Assembly (NCBI GenBank): GCA_965228855.1
Contig: CBDDIJ010000003.1
Coordinates: 2,400,001 to 2,464,000, forward strand
Source: Candidatus Obscuribacterales bacterium
GTDB lineage: Bacteria; Cyanobacteriota; Vampirovibrionia; Obscuribacterales; Obscuribacteraceae
Length of the DNA stretch: 64,000 bases
Reading direction: 5' to 3'
In this document: in pieces, positions 51,609 through 62,338 of the stretch
Position numbering within the stretch: position 1 is the first letter of the stretch
Layout: each line of letters begins with the position of its first letter
Translations under genes and position numbers: made by a program
Notes under the pieces: generated by a model
Told to the model about the DNA's origin: nothing
Seen by the model: the letters and a program-made list of their open reading frames with translations, nothing else
Databases searched by the model: none

Positions 51609-53150
51609 ATGACTAATTCAAAACACTGTCACTCAGTCTCCATAGCCCAGCCGAACATTCGCGTGCGCAACATACTCGCGCTTCTCGGTCGGGATGCCCA
51701 ACCGTTTATAGTCTTTCAAAAACGCGACCGCTCGCTACGCAATTCGTTGTACACAATTGTCGCCCTCGACCCATCTGTGACGGTTTCCATCAAAGGTCGC
51801 AACGCCAGTCTGAAGTTCTCAGACGGAACATATGAAAACAGACGCATTGACGAATGCCCGTTTGAATTTCTTCGGAGCATTCAAACAAAGTATGCCAACG
51901 AATTCAATGCGTCGCATCTTCTGCGCGAAATTGACAAATCCATAGAATTCGCGGCTGGCATGATCGGCTACTTCGGTTTCGGTCTCATTCACACAATCGA
52001 AGATGTGAAACGCCAGACATCCGACCCGCTCGACGTTCCCGACTCAGTCGCCATTGTTCCTCAAACCATCATCTGTATTAACCATCAAGCAGGGACGGTA
52101 AACGTGCTTTCGCAGGAAAGCATACAGCGAGCGGAAGAACTTGCCGTGCGCCTGGTATTCGCAGATTCATTCGAGCTAGCAAATGAAATATGCGCAACGC
52201 AAACATCTTCGAGAGAAGACAAAGTCAGGTTCGAGTCAGTCATTCGAAAAGAACAGTTTATTGAAAACGTAAACGCCGCGAAGCAATTCATAGAAGAAGG
52301 ACAATGTTTTCAGATTGTTCTCTCGCAACGATTCGTGGCGAAAGCAGATGTTAGCGCTACCGACATCTTCGCCAATTTACTCGAAACCGCTCCATCGACG
52401 TATAACTATCTCCTGAGCTTTCCGGAATTTCAGTACCTGGGCGCATCACCGGAAACAATGGTCAACGTCAAAGGAAACCGCATCCAGCTCTGCGCTCTCG
52501 CCGGCACGCGCCCGAGAGGAAAGACTCAGGCTCAGGATAAGCACAACGAATGTGAATTGAAGCGCAACGAGAAAGAACTCGCCGAGCACCGAATGCTTGT
52601 GGATCTTGGAAGAAACGATCTCGGCAAGGTCTGCCGTGCGGGCTCGATTCAAGTGGGCCCTATTGCTCAAGTTTTGAAATATTCAAACGTAATGCATTTG
52701 GGAACCGAAATATCGGGGCAACTCGAAGATGGCAAAGATTCATTTTCAGCATTGAAAGCATGCTTTCCCCGTGGAACCGTATCCGGTGCACCAAAAGTTC
52801 GAGCGATGGAACTGCTTGCGGAGCTGGAAACAGAACAACGCGGCATATACTCAGGCGCCGTCGGCTTCTTCGATGTGCGTGGCAACATGGATACAGCCAT
52901 CGCAATTCGCTCTGCACTGATTAAAAATGGTGAAGTCTCTGTCAACGCCGGAGCCGGAATTGTATACGATTCGCTGCCTGAGCATGAGTACGCGGAAACG
53001 GTAAACAAGGCGCGCGCCATTATTCAAGTTATTGAAAACACAGCGGCAAATGGTTGCGTTTCGCCAGGTCGCACCTCGACAGACGAAGCCAGCTCAGACG
53101 ATTCCCAACCAGAATTCACCGCCAACGCGACAAAAGTAGGTGCATACTAA
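51609..53150 (+). CDS. trpE: Anthranilate synthase component I
   Basis: QIVLSQR, GASPE, LAGTRPRG, EH.MLVDLGRND, FP.GTVSGAPK.RAM, AGAGIV.DS. Confidence 0.95.
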   Translation: MTNSKHCHSVSIAQPNIRVRNILALLGRDAQPFIVFQKRDRSLRNSLYTIVALDPSVTVSIKGRNASLKFSDGTYENRRIDECPFEFLRSIQTKYANEFNASHLLREIDKSIEFAAGMIGYFGFGLIHTIEDVKRQTSDPLDVPDSVAIVPQTIICINHQAGTVNVLSQESIQRAEELAVRLVFADSFELANEICATQTSSREDKVRFESVIRKEQFIENVNAAKQFIEEGQCFQIVLSQRFVAKADVSATDIFANLLETAPSTYNYLLSFPEFQYLGASPETMVNVKGNRIQLCALAGTRPRGKTQAQDKHNECELKRNEKELAEHRMLVDLGRNDLGKVCRAGSIQVGPIAQVLKYSNVMHLGTEISGQLEDGKDSFSALKACFPRGTVSGAPKVRAMELLAELETEQRGIYSGAVGFFDVRGNMDTAIAIRSALIKNGEVSVNAGAGIVYDSLPEHEYAETVNKARAIIQVIENTAANGCVSPGRTSTDEASSDDSQPEFTANATKVGAY

Positions 53151-53755
53151 TGACTATTCTACTGATAGATAACTACGACTCATTCTCCTTCAACCTCGTC
53201 CAGGCACTTAAGTCAGTTTCAAATCATGAAATTGACGTGCGGCGCAACGATCGAATCAGCCTGGACGAAATCGTCGAGATGAAGCCAGCAGCAGTAGTGA
53301 TTTCACCGGGTCCCGGCCACCCGGCGAACCCGCGAGATTTCGGAATAAACACCGAGCTGATCAGAAACTATCGGCTACTCGGTTGCCCAATCCTTGGAGT
53401 CTGCCTGGGTCATCAAGGCATCGTTCATTCCCTGGGCGGCGCTATTGTCAAGGCTCAAAACATCATGCACGGAAAGACCAGCCAGGTCGAGACCTACGGA
53501 GATTCCGCCTTGTTTGCCGGATGCAGTTCGCAATTCACAGCAATGCGGTATCACTCGCTTATAGCTATGGATGAAAGCCTTCCCAGTTGCTTGAGAGTAA
53601 CTGCCCGCGACACCATGACAAAGACGATCATGGCAATCGAGCATACCTCCGCCCCGCTCTTCGGTGTTCAGTTTCACCCAGAATCCATCGGCACTCCGGA
53701 GGGCGAACAGATTTTGAAAAACTTTGTTGCCCTCGCAAGCCACAGATCACACTGA
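53150..53755 (+). CDS. trpG: Anthranilate synthase component II (glutamine amidotransferase)
   Basis: IDNYDSF, SPGPG.P, GVCLGHQ, RYHSL, QFHPES; TAATG coupling to trpE. Confidence 0.95.
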   Translation: MTILLIDNYDSFSFNLVQALKSVSNHEIDVRRNDRISLDEIVEMKPAAVVISPGPGHPANPRDFGINTELIRNYRLLGCPILGVCLGHQGIVHSLGGAIVKAQNIMHGKTSQVETYGDSALFAGCSSQFTAMRYHSLIAMDESLPSCLRVTARDTMTKTIMAIEHTSAPLFGVQFHPESIGTPEGEQILKNFVALASHRSH

Positions 53756-53765
53756 GGTTTGAATA

Positions 53766-54743
53766 ATGCAAACTTTAACTGCACCCAAATCAAATATTGA
53801 GAAACAACTGTTTAATCTGCTGGAAATTCCGGTCGATCAGCTCACGCTTCCAATCCTCAAAGATGCTGTTCAATACATGCGTTCCAAGCTCTCTGATTCC
53901 GTCATAAACGCGACTGCAAAACTCGGAATTGGAGCCATCGACCTCGCCGGCACCGGGGGAAGTGGCATGCCAAAGTTCAATACGTCCACTACCGTCGCAT
54001 TTGTTCTTGCAGCTTACGGGGTGAAGGTAGTCAAATTCGGCAATCGTTCCATTACAGGGAACAGCGGTAGCGTGGACTTTCTAGCCGCCATCGGTTTTGA
54101 ACCGGACTCAAATCTCGACAATCTCGCGAAGAAGTTACGAGACACAGATTTGATCTTCCTGAACGCCGCAACTTGTTACCCTCAGATCGGACTAATCACT
54201 GAGCAAAGAAAGCAACTCGGTCGCCCCAGCATATTCAACTTCATTGGACCGGTCTTGAATCCGGCATCTCCAGAGTTTCGACTTCTAGGAGTCAGCAACA
54301 ATCGCATCCGCGCACTGCTGAACCAGTTTTTAGCCGAGGAAAAGACGGTTCAACGCGCAATCACAATGACGAGTGCAAACGGGCTGGACGAATTTGACGC
54401 CAGAGGTCAAAACCACGTCTCAATTGTCGACTCCTCGAAGATTACAGAGATTGAAACCAGCAACCTATCGAATCAATTCGCTCATGTATCGCCAGGCTCT
54501 CTCACGACTACACACGAAGAGCGATCCACAACAGTTAAACAAAACGCGAGAAGTTTCAACGACATCATCTCCGGATCAGATACAACTTCCGATGCCTATG
54601 CGTGCGTTGTTGTGAACGCTGGTGCCGCATTCCTGGCAGCGAAAACCGTCAACTCACTTGATGCCGGCTGCAGACTTGCTCAACAACTCATCGCAGATCG
54701 CTCGGTACAAAAGAAGTACGAGCAAATCAGGGGGGCACGATGA
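53766..54743 (+). CDS. trpD: Anthranilate phosphoribosyltransferase (short N-terminal domain)
   Basis: D..GTGG..FNTST, KFGNRS..SGS.D, FN..GP..NP, GLDE. Confidence 0.92.
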   Translation: MQTLTAPKSNIEKQLFNLLEIPVDQLTLPILKDAVQYMRSKLSDSVINATAKLGIGAIDLAGTGGSGMPKFNTSTTVAFVLAAYGVKVVKFGNRSITGNSGSVDFLAAIGFEPDSNLDNLAKKLRDTDLIFLNAATCYPQIGLITEQRKQLGRPSIFNFIGPVLNPASPEFRLLGVSNNRIRALLNQFLAEEKTVQRAITMTSANGLDEFDARGQNHVSIVDSSKITEIETSNLSNQFAHVSPGSLTTTHEERSTTVKQNARSFNDIISGSDTTSDAYACVVVNAGAAFLAAKTVNSLDAGCRLAQQLIADRSVQKKYEQIRGAR

Positions 54744-56146
54744 TGACAATCTTAGACACAATTGTACAGACGAAACGGCAAGCGTTCTCCGCCAGCCCAA
54801 CACAACCACAGACCCGTCCCGCAGTTTCCTTTCAAACGAAATCGTCGACGGAGAATGCGTTTCTATCAGCTCTATCTTCCAACTCAAAAAACATAATTGG
54901 TGAGATCAAACCGTGCTCACCATCTGCAGGTCAGTTGCTCAAAGACGGTCAACTAGACTCAATCCTGGAAGTTTATAGACGGCAGTGCGCTGCGATCTCC
55001 GTCCTCACAGACGAGAAGTTCTTCGGCGGCAGTTTCGAACTCCTCTCTTATGTGAAACAAAAAACCGGACTTCCAGTCCTCTGTAAAGATTTCATTGTTA
55101 GTGACAAACAGATTGCTCTGGCAAAACAACATGGAGCAGACGCCGTTCTCCTCATCGCAAAGGTCCTCTCCGAATCCGAACTAATCAGCCTCTTTGAAGA
55201 AACCAGACGTCAAAAACTCATTGCAGTTGTCGAGGTCAACAACGAATCGGACGTTGCCAAAGTAAACTCGATTGAAGCGGAAATCGTTCTAATCAACAAT
55301 CGCAACCTTGACACAATGCAAATTGATTTGGAAACAACCGCGCGACTAGCACCCATGTTAAAACGGGACGTAATAGTCATCTCCGCCAGTGGAGTTAAAA
55401 CGAGAAACGACATTCGAAAACTCTCTAAAACTACTCGCAACTTTTTGATTGGAACATCGTTGATGCAATCGGAAAGTTTAGAAAATCAATTGACGGAATT
55501 TAAACGCGATACCAAGGTAAAAATCTGCGGAATTACGAATACTGAAGATGCACTGACGGCAGTCGCATCCGGCGCCGACTTTATCGGTCTGATATTTGCA
55601 CAGGCGTCAAAACGCAGAGTCGAACTAGACGTGGCCCGACAGATTCGCACGGCGATCGGCAACAAAGCAAAGGTCGTGGGCGTTTTTCAAAACCAAGATA
55701 TCGAGTTCGTAAGCAGAGTCGCCGGAGAGCTAGAGCTGGACTACATCCAGCTACACGGCGAAGAGGACCGCAAGTACATTGAAGACTGCAATAGACCTGT
55801 AATCAAAACGCTTTCATACAATGCAGAGGTTGAAACGTTAGGAACGCTTGCAGAAATCTCGAACTTATCCTACGTGCTCTTCGATGCTCCGAAGGAGAGC
55901 GTTAAAGAAGAGGACATCTCGGTTGAGAAGAACCTGTTTCGCTTCGCTAACAGACTGCGTTCCATCAAAGAATCGTCGATACCATCGTTCTTTATCGCGG
56001 GGAAACTGACACCGGACAACGTCGCATTCTCAATTGAGACGTTGAAACCATTTGCGGTGGACGTTGCATCTGGAGTGGAAAGCGCCACCGGAGTGAAATC
56101 TAAAGAGCTCGTAAGGACATTCTGCGTAAACTCATCAACAACATAG
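54740..56146 (+). CDS. trpCF: Bifunctional indole-3-glycerol-phosphate synthase / phosphoribosylanthranilate isomerase
   Basis: EIK..SPS, SVLTD..FF.GS, LCKDF, NNRNL, then [27 protein letters not shown]. Confidence 0.93.
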   Translation: MMTILDTIVQTKRQAFSASPTQPQTRPAVSFQTKSSTENAFLSALSSNSKNIIGEIKPCSPSAGQLLKDGQLDSILEVYRRQCAAISVLTDEKFFGGSFELLSYVKQKTGLPVLCKDFIVSDKQIALAKQHGADAVLLIAKVLSESELISLFEETRRQKLIAVVEVNNESDVAKVNSIEAEIVLINNRNLDTMQIDLETTARLAPMLKRDVIVISASGVKTRNDIRKLSKTTRNFLIGTSLMQSESLENQLTEFKRDTKVKICGITNTEDALTAVASGADFIGLIFAQASKRRVELDVARQIRTAIGNKAKVVGVFQNQDIEFVSRVAGELELDYIQLHGEEDRKYIEDCNRPVIKTLSYNAEVETLGTLAEISNLSYVLFDAPKESVKEEDISVEKNLFRFANRLRSIKESSIPSFFIAGKLTPDNVAFSIETLKPFAVDVASGVESATGVKSKELVRTFCVNSSTT

Positions 56147-56175
56147 TAAATACAATCGACACCACAGGTAGTGAT

Positions 56176-57366
56176 ATGCAACTGGCAACTAAATTTGGAA
56201 CTTACGGCGGCACCTTTGTGCCGGAAACGCTAATGCCTGCGCTGGAACAGCTAGAAGACTCATTTCTCAAGTTCAGCGCGGACATCAAATGTATGGAGGA
56301 GTTGAGCAATTACCTGAAGCACTATGCTGGTCGCCCAACGCCTTTGTACTATGCTCAAAACTTATCACGCCAATGGGGCGCAGATGTCTACCTCAAGCGA
56401 GAAGATTTGCTGCATGGAGGCGCGCATAAAACCAACAATGCGATCGGTCAGGCGCTTCTGGCCAAGTTTATGGGCAAGGAAAGATTGATTGCGGAAACGG
56501 GAGCAGGTCAGCATGGTGTTGCATGCGCAATGGCAGGCGCAATGCTTGGTATGCCCGTCGAGGTCTACATGGGTGCCGTCGACGTAGAACGTCAACACCA
56601 AAATGTTCAACGAATGGAACTTATGGGTGCACGCGTTCATAAAGTCGACATTGGCGGTCGCACATTGAAGGATGCCATCAACGCCGCGCTCCGCGACTGG
56701 GTTTCAAATCTGGATAGCACGCACTATGTGCTGGGCACTGCAGCCGGTCCGCACCCATTTCCAACGCTCGTGAAGTTTTTCCAGAGCATAATCGGGAAGG
56801 AAGCTAGCGAGCAGTTTAAACAAATGACTGGAGGACAGCCGGATGCAGTCATTGCTTGCGTGGGCGGCGGATCGAATGCGATTGGAATTTTCTCCGCATT
56901 CATAGAATCACCGGACGTCGCACTCATCGGAGTAGAACCCGGCGGGCGCGGCATCGAAACTTTGGAACATGGAGCAGTACTCCAACTCGGTCAAGACGGT
57001 TGCCTTCACGGAATGATCAGTAAAGTGCTGCAGGACGAAAGCGGTCAAATCAAAGATACTCACAGCATAGCCGCGGGGCTCGACTATCCGTCCGTTGGTC
57101 CGGAGCACGCCCATCTACAGATGTCGGGGAGAGCCCTCTACGGCGTCGCGACAGACGACGAAGCTATTCAAGCGTTCCAAGAGGTTTCAAGACTGGAGGG
57201 AATTATTCCGGCGCTTGAGAGTTCGCACGCCCTGGCATACGCCCGCAAACATGCGCAGGGCACTCTCCATGGAAAGCGCTTACTTATAAACGTTTCAGGA
57301 CGCGGCGACAAAGATTTAGCGAGGATTTTGGAATATGTCGAACAGAATAGAAAAGACTTTCAATAA
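56176..57366 (+). CDS. trpB: Tryptophan synthase beta chain
   Basis: [52 protein letters not shown]. Confidence 0.98.
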   Translation: MQLATKFGTYGGTFVPETLMPALEQLEDSFLKFSADIKCMEELSNYLKHYAGRPTPLYYAQNLSRQWGADVYLKREDLLHGGAHKTNNAIGQALLAKFMGKERLIAETGAGQHGVACAMAGAMLGMPVEVYMGAVDVERQHQNVQRMELMGARVHKVDIGGRTLKDAINAALRDWVSNLDSTHYVLGTAAGPHPFPTLVKFFQSIIGKEASEQFKQMTGGQPDAVIACVGGGSNAIGIFSAFIESPDVALIGVEPGGRGIETLEHGAVLQLGQDGCLHGMISKVLQDESGQIKDTHSIAAGLDYPSVGPEHAHLQMSGRALYGVATDDEAIQAFQEVSRLEGIIPALESSHALAYARKHAQGTLHGKRLLINVSGRGDKDLARILEYVEQNRKDFQ

Positions 57367-58162
57367 ACTGAAAGCGACGCAGTCGAAAGCGTTTATACCA
57401 TATACGGTGCTCGGGTATCCGAACCGCCAAGCCAGCTTGGAGGCTGTTGAAACGTTAATCAAAAACGGCGCAACCGCACTGGAACTCGGTTTGCCATTCA
57501 GTGACCCAATGGCGGATGGGCCATTGATTGAAAACGCTTCAAAGCAAGTAGTCGAATCCGGTTTCACCACAGGCGATGCCATTGGTTTAATCCAAGAAAT
57601 TAGAACGCGGCACGAATCCATTCCGATAATCGTGATGACCTACTTCAACCTGGCTATGGCAAGAGGTCTGGACCAGTTTATGCAAGCACTGCGCAATGCT
57701 GGTGTAGACGGCATTACCTTTGTGGACCTGCCTCCGGAAGAGGGAGAGGAAGCGTTCGGTTTAGCAAAGAAAAACGGACTCGCTCCTGTCATGCTGGTCT
57801 CGCCGCTGACATCCGAAGAGCGTTTCCACGAAATTCTGAAGCATGCCGAAGGTTATCTCTACCTGGTTTCCAGGGCCGGCATAACCGGACTGGCTGAAAC
57901 TTACGACGCGAAGCTCGAGACTATCATCAATCGACTTCGTCAGAAGTCTGATCTTCCTGTCGTGATTGGTTTTGGAATATCGAAGCCGGCGCATGTTCGC
58001 CAGATGCTCAGGCTCGGAGCGGACGGAGTGGTTGTCGGCTCGAAAATAGTCGAATTGATTGGCAAGGGAAGTGCTACCGAGCTGGCAAACGCGATGGTCG
58101 ATTTAAGTTCCGCATCTAAGCGGAACCACGATGGCAACGTTCTCGACCTGGTTGCGCGCTGA
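57335..58162 (+). CDS. trpA: Tryptophan synthase alpha chain
   Basis: [35 protein letters not shown]. Confidence 0.97.
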   Translation: MSNRIEKTFNKLKATQSKAFIPYTVLGYPNRQASLEAVETLIKNGATALELGLPFSDPMADGPLIENASKQVVESGFTTGDAIGLIQEIRTRHESIPIIVMTYFNLAMARGLDQFMQALRNAGVDGITFVDLPPEEGEEAFGLAKKNGLAPVMLVSPLTSEERFHEILKHAEGYLYLVSRAGITGLAETYDAKLETIINRLRQKSDLPVVIGFGISKPAHVRQMLRLGADGVVVGSKIVELIGKGSATELANAMVDLSSASKRNHDGNVLDLVAR

Positions 58163-58172
58163 GTCTCCGCAG

Positions 58173-58859
58173 CTATTGCAAAAATGTTAGTTCGAACTTC
58201 GAGGGCTTGCCGAATTGAAGCGGTTTCGGCTTCGATTTTGCACGAGGAGCTTCTTCGACCGAAAATGAAACAACATTCGGATGAGCCTTCTTCAGAGCTT
58301 CCAGTTTCCTCAGCAACTGCTTGCCACTCATTGCAAGCCAGTGGTCTCCAGGAGCCTTCGACGCCTGCCAGTCAGAACCTCTCAGCAATTTTTTACGCAC
58401 TAATTGTGCATCACGCCCATCCGCTACGCTGAGCAGGACCAACCTACCAGGCGTGGTATCAACTTGCATCATATTCTTCGATACGCTCTCTATCGCCATC
58501 TGGGAATCGGCGTTCATCACGTTATGCTCCTGGCTTCTTGACGGAAAAATCGCCAGACTCTCATCATGCTCGGTGATGTAGAACAAGTAGGCATAACACT
58601 TTCTCCTTGCAGTAAGTGTAACCGTGAACCGATCGCCGTACTCATACTTGTCCGGAGCCTTGTTCCAGAGCGCCTCTAGCATTGGCTTGTTATTAGCAAC
58701 CTGACTATATGCGTGAGATTGCGCCTCAATCGGACCGTGGACCGCCAGTTCCTCTCGGCAATCAAGCAAGTTGGACCAGGAAGGCGCCGCAAATGCGCAA
58801 AGAAGCAGCGCCAGGCCTAAACTCCGAGCGCAGAATCTGTGGATTGGTTTAATTGTCAT
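58173..58859 (-). CDS. Exported DUF4384-like protein
   Basis: Signal peptide; Y..GD.F.VT......YAYLF.I......IFP. Confidence 0.65.
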   Translation of the reverse strand: MTIKPIHRFCARSLGLALLLCAFAAPSWSNLLDCREELAVHGPIEAQSHAYSQVANNKPMLEALWNKAPDKYEYGDRFTVTLTARRKCYAYLFYITEHDESLAIFPSRSQEHNVMNADSQMAIESVSKNMMQVDTTPGRLVLLSVADGRDAQLVRKKLLRGSDWQASKAPGDHWLAMSGKQLLRKLEALKKAHPNVVSFSVEEAPRAKSKPKPLQFGKPSKFELTFLQ

Positions 58860-58947
58860 CAGTTAAGTCAGCCGTAGACGGTAAGGTCGAGTGAACCTAC
58901 CGGCGGATTTCTAAAATTAGGAGGAAGGATTCAAAACTTTTGAGGAG

Positions 58948-60183
58948 GTGAACAAACTCTATACAAATGGCCCGCGTGAGATCAGAATGAAATTAATCAG
59001 CGAAATCATGTCGATGTCTCAGCGCAATCTGACCACCGCGATTTTGCACATTGCATTTTCGACCGATCCATTAATCGAAACGGATGTCGAGAAAGCAGTC
59101 CTCGGCTTGTACAAACTGCTCGGCAAGCCGATGCCCCGGATCATCTACTGTGATTCGCCCTGGCAAATGTCGATGATTCCAATTTTGAACAACTATTTCG
59201 ACCAAAACGCAATCGCGCCATCGCCGCAAAAACAAAACGAACTGAGATTGCTGCGAGAATACATCAAAAACAATTTTGCAAACAACGACAACGATTTCTA
59301 TAAGTTGCCCGTCGAGAGACTTTTCGCGGCTTCAGAGCAATGCAAGCAAGAATCACCTGGCGCCATGCAAGTAGAGCAATTTCATCGACGTGTATTTGAT
59401 AGATTAGACTCACTGATTATGAGTTCGGACCTTGTGGCGAAACTGCCGGAAGTTGCAGAAAAACTTTCCGCGCGAATCGATCATGACCTCCAGAATATAC
59501 TTATGCAAGCGCTAGGAAGGACCATCGTTCCAATGCAACAAGTCGGTCAATACTTCGCGCTGCGAGATCAAAATTCCAGCGACCGCACGATTCGGAACAT
59601 GACAGTTCGCGTTTCTCCATCACCAATGGGTGAGTTTTTCGACTCGATCTATGAACCGTACTACTACTCTACCCGTGAAGAACAGCTGCCTGTAGACAGC
59701 CCGTCGAAGTTGCTGATTAATCCATCCCCATACAAGGTCGAGCATTTCAATTTACTGACCAAGAATTCGAAGTTAGATCTGTTCGCTAAGTTTTTCGCCG
59801 GAGCGACACTACTGACGGTATCACGAGAACAATCGGAAACTCTGCAGCTCTTGCTGGATCTAATTAATGCGGCGCATGACTACGCGCCATTTGACAACAT
59901 CTGTCTTGTTTCAAGAAAGCCCAAAACGGTCAGCATCAACGCATCGCATGCACTTCACAATGAAACCGGTCCAGCGCTGGAGTACGAAGATGGATACGCT
60001 GTATTCGCGGTTGACGGCATCGTAATACCGCCCTGGATAGTCGAGCATCCCGAGCGCATTTCGGTAGATCGAATAACCAGAGAAGAGAATACTGAGATAC
60101 GTCGTATTCAACTGAAGAAATTCGGAGAGGAGCGTTACATTGAAGAGTGCGCTTCCATACGCAAAGAAGATTCTCAGTTGTGA
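58948..60183 (+). CDS. DUF6745-family protein (single unit)
   Basis: P.IIYCDSPWQ...ICLVS.KP...LHNETGPALEY.DG...GI.IP...EENTEIRR. Confidence 0.75.
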   Translation: MNKLYTNGPREIRMKLISEIMSMSQRNLTTAILHIAFSTDPLIETDVEKAVLGLYKLLGKPMPRIIYCDSPWQMSMIPILNNYFDQNAIAPSPQKQNELRLLREYIKNNFANNDNDFYKLPVERLFAASEQCKQESPGAMQVEQFHRRVFDRLDSLIMSSDLVAKLPEVAEKLSARIDHDLQNILMQALGRTIVPMQQVGQYFALRDQNSSDRTIRNMTVRVSPSPMGEFFDSIYEPYYYSTREEQLPVDSPSKLLINPSPYKVEHFNLLTKNSKLDLFAKFFAGATLLTVSREQSETLQLLLDLINAAHDYAPFDNICLVSRKPKTVSINASHALHNETGPALEYEDGYAVFAVDGIVIPPWIVEHPERISVDRITREENTEIRRIQLKKFGEERYIEECASIRKEDSQL

Positions 60184-60782
60184 GCGGCGCCAATGCGCTG
60201 CAAACTCTTCAACAATCTGTATTTCAAGTTGTAGAACGCCTTCAATCTCTCGAAATCGTCGACAGCACCTTTGACTCGCATGATCGCGCTTCTGTTTGAG
60301 GCACCACGCAAGGCTTTAGCCGCCGGAGCTTTCTCGGAATTCTCGACGTGAGCCCATAGCTGAGTCGTGGGTTCGTCAAGGATCAAGCGACGGAGCGCAG
60401 CATCGGAGAACAAGTCCTTAACACGCTGTTCATCATTACCTTTTATGATGAAGGATTTGTCGAATTCTTCATGACCTATGATGATGTCCTGCACGCCGAG
60501 CATCTTGCTGAAACCGTCAGTCCACTTCTCGGGATGAATCGCAAATTTGAAATCATCGGCGGGGGTGTAGCATGTCTCAATCGTGGTGTATTCGTTTCCG
60601 GCTTGCTTGCTGGGATGCATCGTGTACACGAGAGACCAATCACTTTCGGCGACCGGCACTACGATACTCATTTCAGTGTGGCTGGAATCCGGATCCGGGT
60701 CATCCACTGACGCTTTATACTCGTCAGCGAACTCCATCCAAACATATTTCCAACCGTACATTCTGCTGTGCATTTTCGTCAC
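60174..60782 (-). CDS. Hypothetical protein
   Basis: QDI.IG..EFD..FIIKGND motif; GTG 8 nt after SD AAGGAG. Confidence 0.7.
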   Translation of the reverse strand: MTKMHSRMYGWKYVWMEFADEYKASVDDPDPDSSHTEMSIVVPVAESDWSLVYTMHPSKQAGNEYTTIETCYTPADDFKFAIHPEKWTDGFSKMLGVQDIIIGHEEFDKSFIIKGNDEQRVKDLFSDAALRRLILDEPTTQLWAHVENSEKAPAAKALRGASNRSAIMRVKGAVDDFERLKAFYNLKYRLLKSLQRIGAAHN

Positions 60783-60961
60783 GGCGTGCACTCCTTAGGT
60801 CTCGGCCTGAAAAACTATTCGATAAGTTATATCAAATATGCGCGTGAACAATAAGGTCTGGGAGCCTTTTGTGTATAACTTCAAACCTTTTCAAAAACTA
60901 AGTTTCGGCTTGTGACCGCCGCCTCAGGACAGCCGAACGGCAAATGTGACAAGATCATCGT

Positions 60962-62338
60962 GTGGAAACCACTGAGACAAAGAAAGACCCGCGCACCGAG
61001 CTAATCACCGGCAACCTGTGGCGCGCGATCTGGGTTATGTCCTGGCCGCTTTTGATCACAACTGTCGCCACAAGTCTCGTCGGTTTCACAGACCTCTACG
61101 TGGCGGGGCTGCTCGGCTCAGCTTCGCAAGCCTCCGTGGGTTTGTCCGAGCATATTATTTTCATGTTCCAACTGTTCCTGATGGCTACAGGCACGGGCAC
61201 GACTGCAATAGTCGCGCGACACTGGGGGGCTGGAAATAGAACGAGGGCAACGCGTTTCGCTGCTCAATCACTCCTTCTGTCAGTAACTCTTGGTCTGAGC
61301 TTAGCTATAGCCGCGTTGCTGACCGCTCACTTCGCGCTCGGTGTTTTCTCTCGGTCACCCGAGGTAAACGCACTGGGCACTATGTATTTGAGCATCTATG
61401 GGTTCGCGATGATTCCGATGAGCATAGTTTACATTGCCAACGCTTCGTTCAACGCCATAGGCGATTCCAAAACAACGCTCGCAATCGTTCTCCTCATGAC
61501 CGTTTTCCAAATCTCCGGGGATCTGCTCACCGTGCAGCATAACTGGCCCGTGCCGGGACTCGGAATTCGAGGCATTGCCTATTCATCGCTAATAGGTGCC
61601 ACCATAGCTAGTGCCTTTGCAATTTATCGCCTTAACACGTCCCCTCTAAAAAATGCTTTGAGACAAATGCTTCCGGCATCAAAAATGATGATCGGCAGAG
61701 TCGTCAAAATCGGTATTCCGTCAGCCTTTCAACGTATGGCCTGGTCTCTGTCCGTATTCGGTTTGTTCTTTATACTCTCCTCCTGTAAGAACCCGACTGA
61801 GGGTCAGGCAGCCTGGGCAATTGGAATGCGCGTGGAAGGGCTCACGTTCATGCCGATTATGGCACTGTCGATGGCGGTCGCCTCGATAATAGGACAGAAT
61901 CTGGGCGCGAGAGAACTGGACCGGGCCATCAGCGCCGGTTGGAGGGTTACATGGATTGGCGTCGCCATGCTGTCCGTAATGGGGATTCTCCTTTACGTTC
62001 TGGCCGTTCCAATTTCCTCTTTGATGTCACCGCACGAACCAGTTACGCGAGAATTCGTCGTCAGTTATCTTCAGATCAACGCTACCGCTCAACCGTTCCT
62101 GGCTCTCGCAATGATTTTGAGCGGCGCCCTGCAAGGCGCTGGTGACACGAAAGCGCCAATGTGGATAACGTTTATCTGCAATTGGATTATTCGTTTGCCG
62201 GTGGCTTATGTGATGGCGCTGACATTTAACATGGAAACCGCCGGTTGCTGGTGGTCAATGTCAATCTCGTGCGTGGTAATGGGTTTACTCTCCGCCTGGC
62301 GCTTCAAAAGCCTTGCCTGGACTAAGGCTCACGTTTGA
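60962..62338 (+). CDS. MATE-family efflux transporter
   Basis: 12 TM; D...AG.LG, GDSKT, IGQNLGA, GAGDTK.PM. Confidence 0.93.
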   Translation: METTETKKDPRTELITGNLWRAIWVMSWPLLITTVATSLVGFTDLYVAGLLGSASQASVGLSEHIIFMFQLFLMATGTGTTAIVARHWGAGNRTRATRFAAQSLLLSVTLGLSLAIAALLTAHFALGVFSRSPEVNALGTMYLSIYGFAMIPMSIVYIANASFNAIGDSKTTLAIVLLMTVFQISGDLLTVQHNWPVPGLGIRGIAYSSLIGATIASAFAIYRLNTSPLKNALRQMLPASKMMIGRVVKIGIPSAFQRMAWSLSVFGLFFILSSCKNPTEGQAAWAIGMRVEGLTFMPIMALSMAVASIIGQNLGARELDRAISAGWRVTWIGVAMLSVMGILLYVLAVPISSLMSPHEPVTREFVVSYLQINATAQPFLALAMILSGALQGAGDTKAPMWITFICNWIIRLPVAYVMALTFNMETAGCWWSMSISCVVMGLLSAWRFKSLAWTKAHV

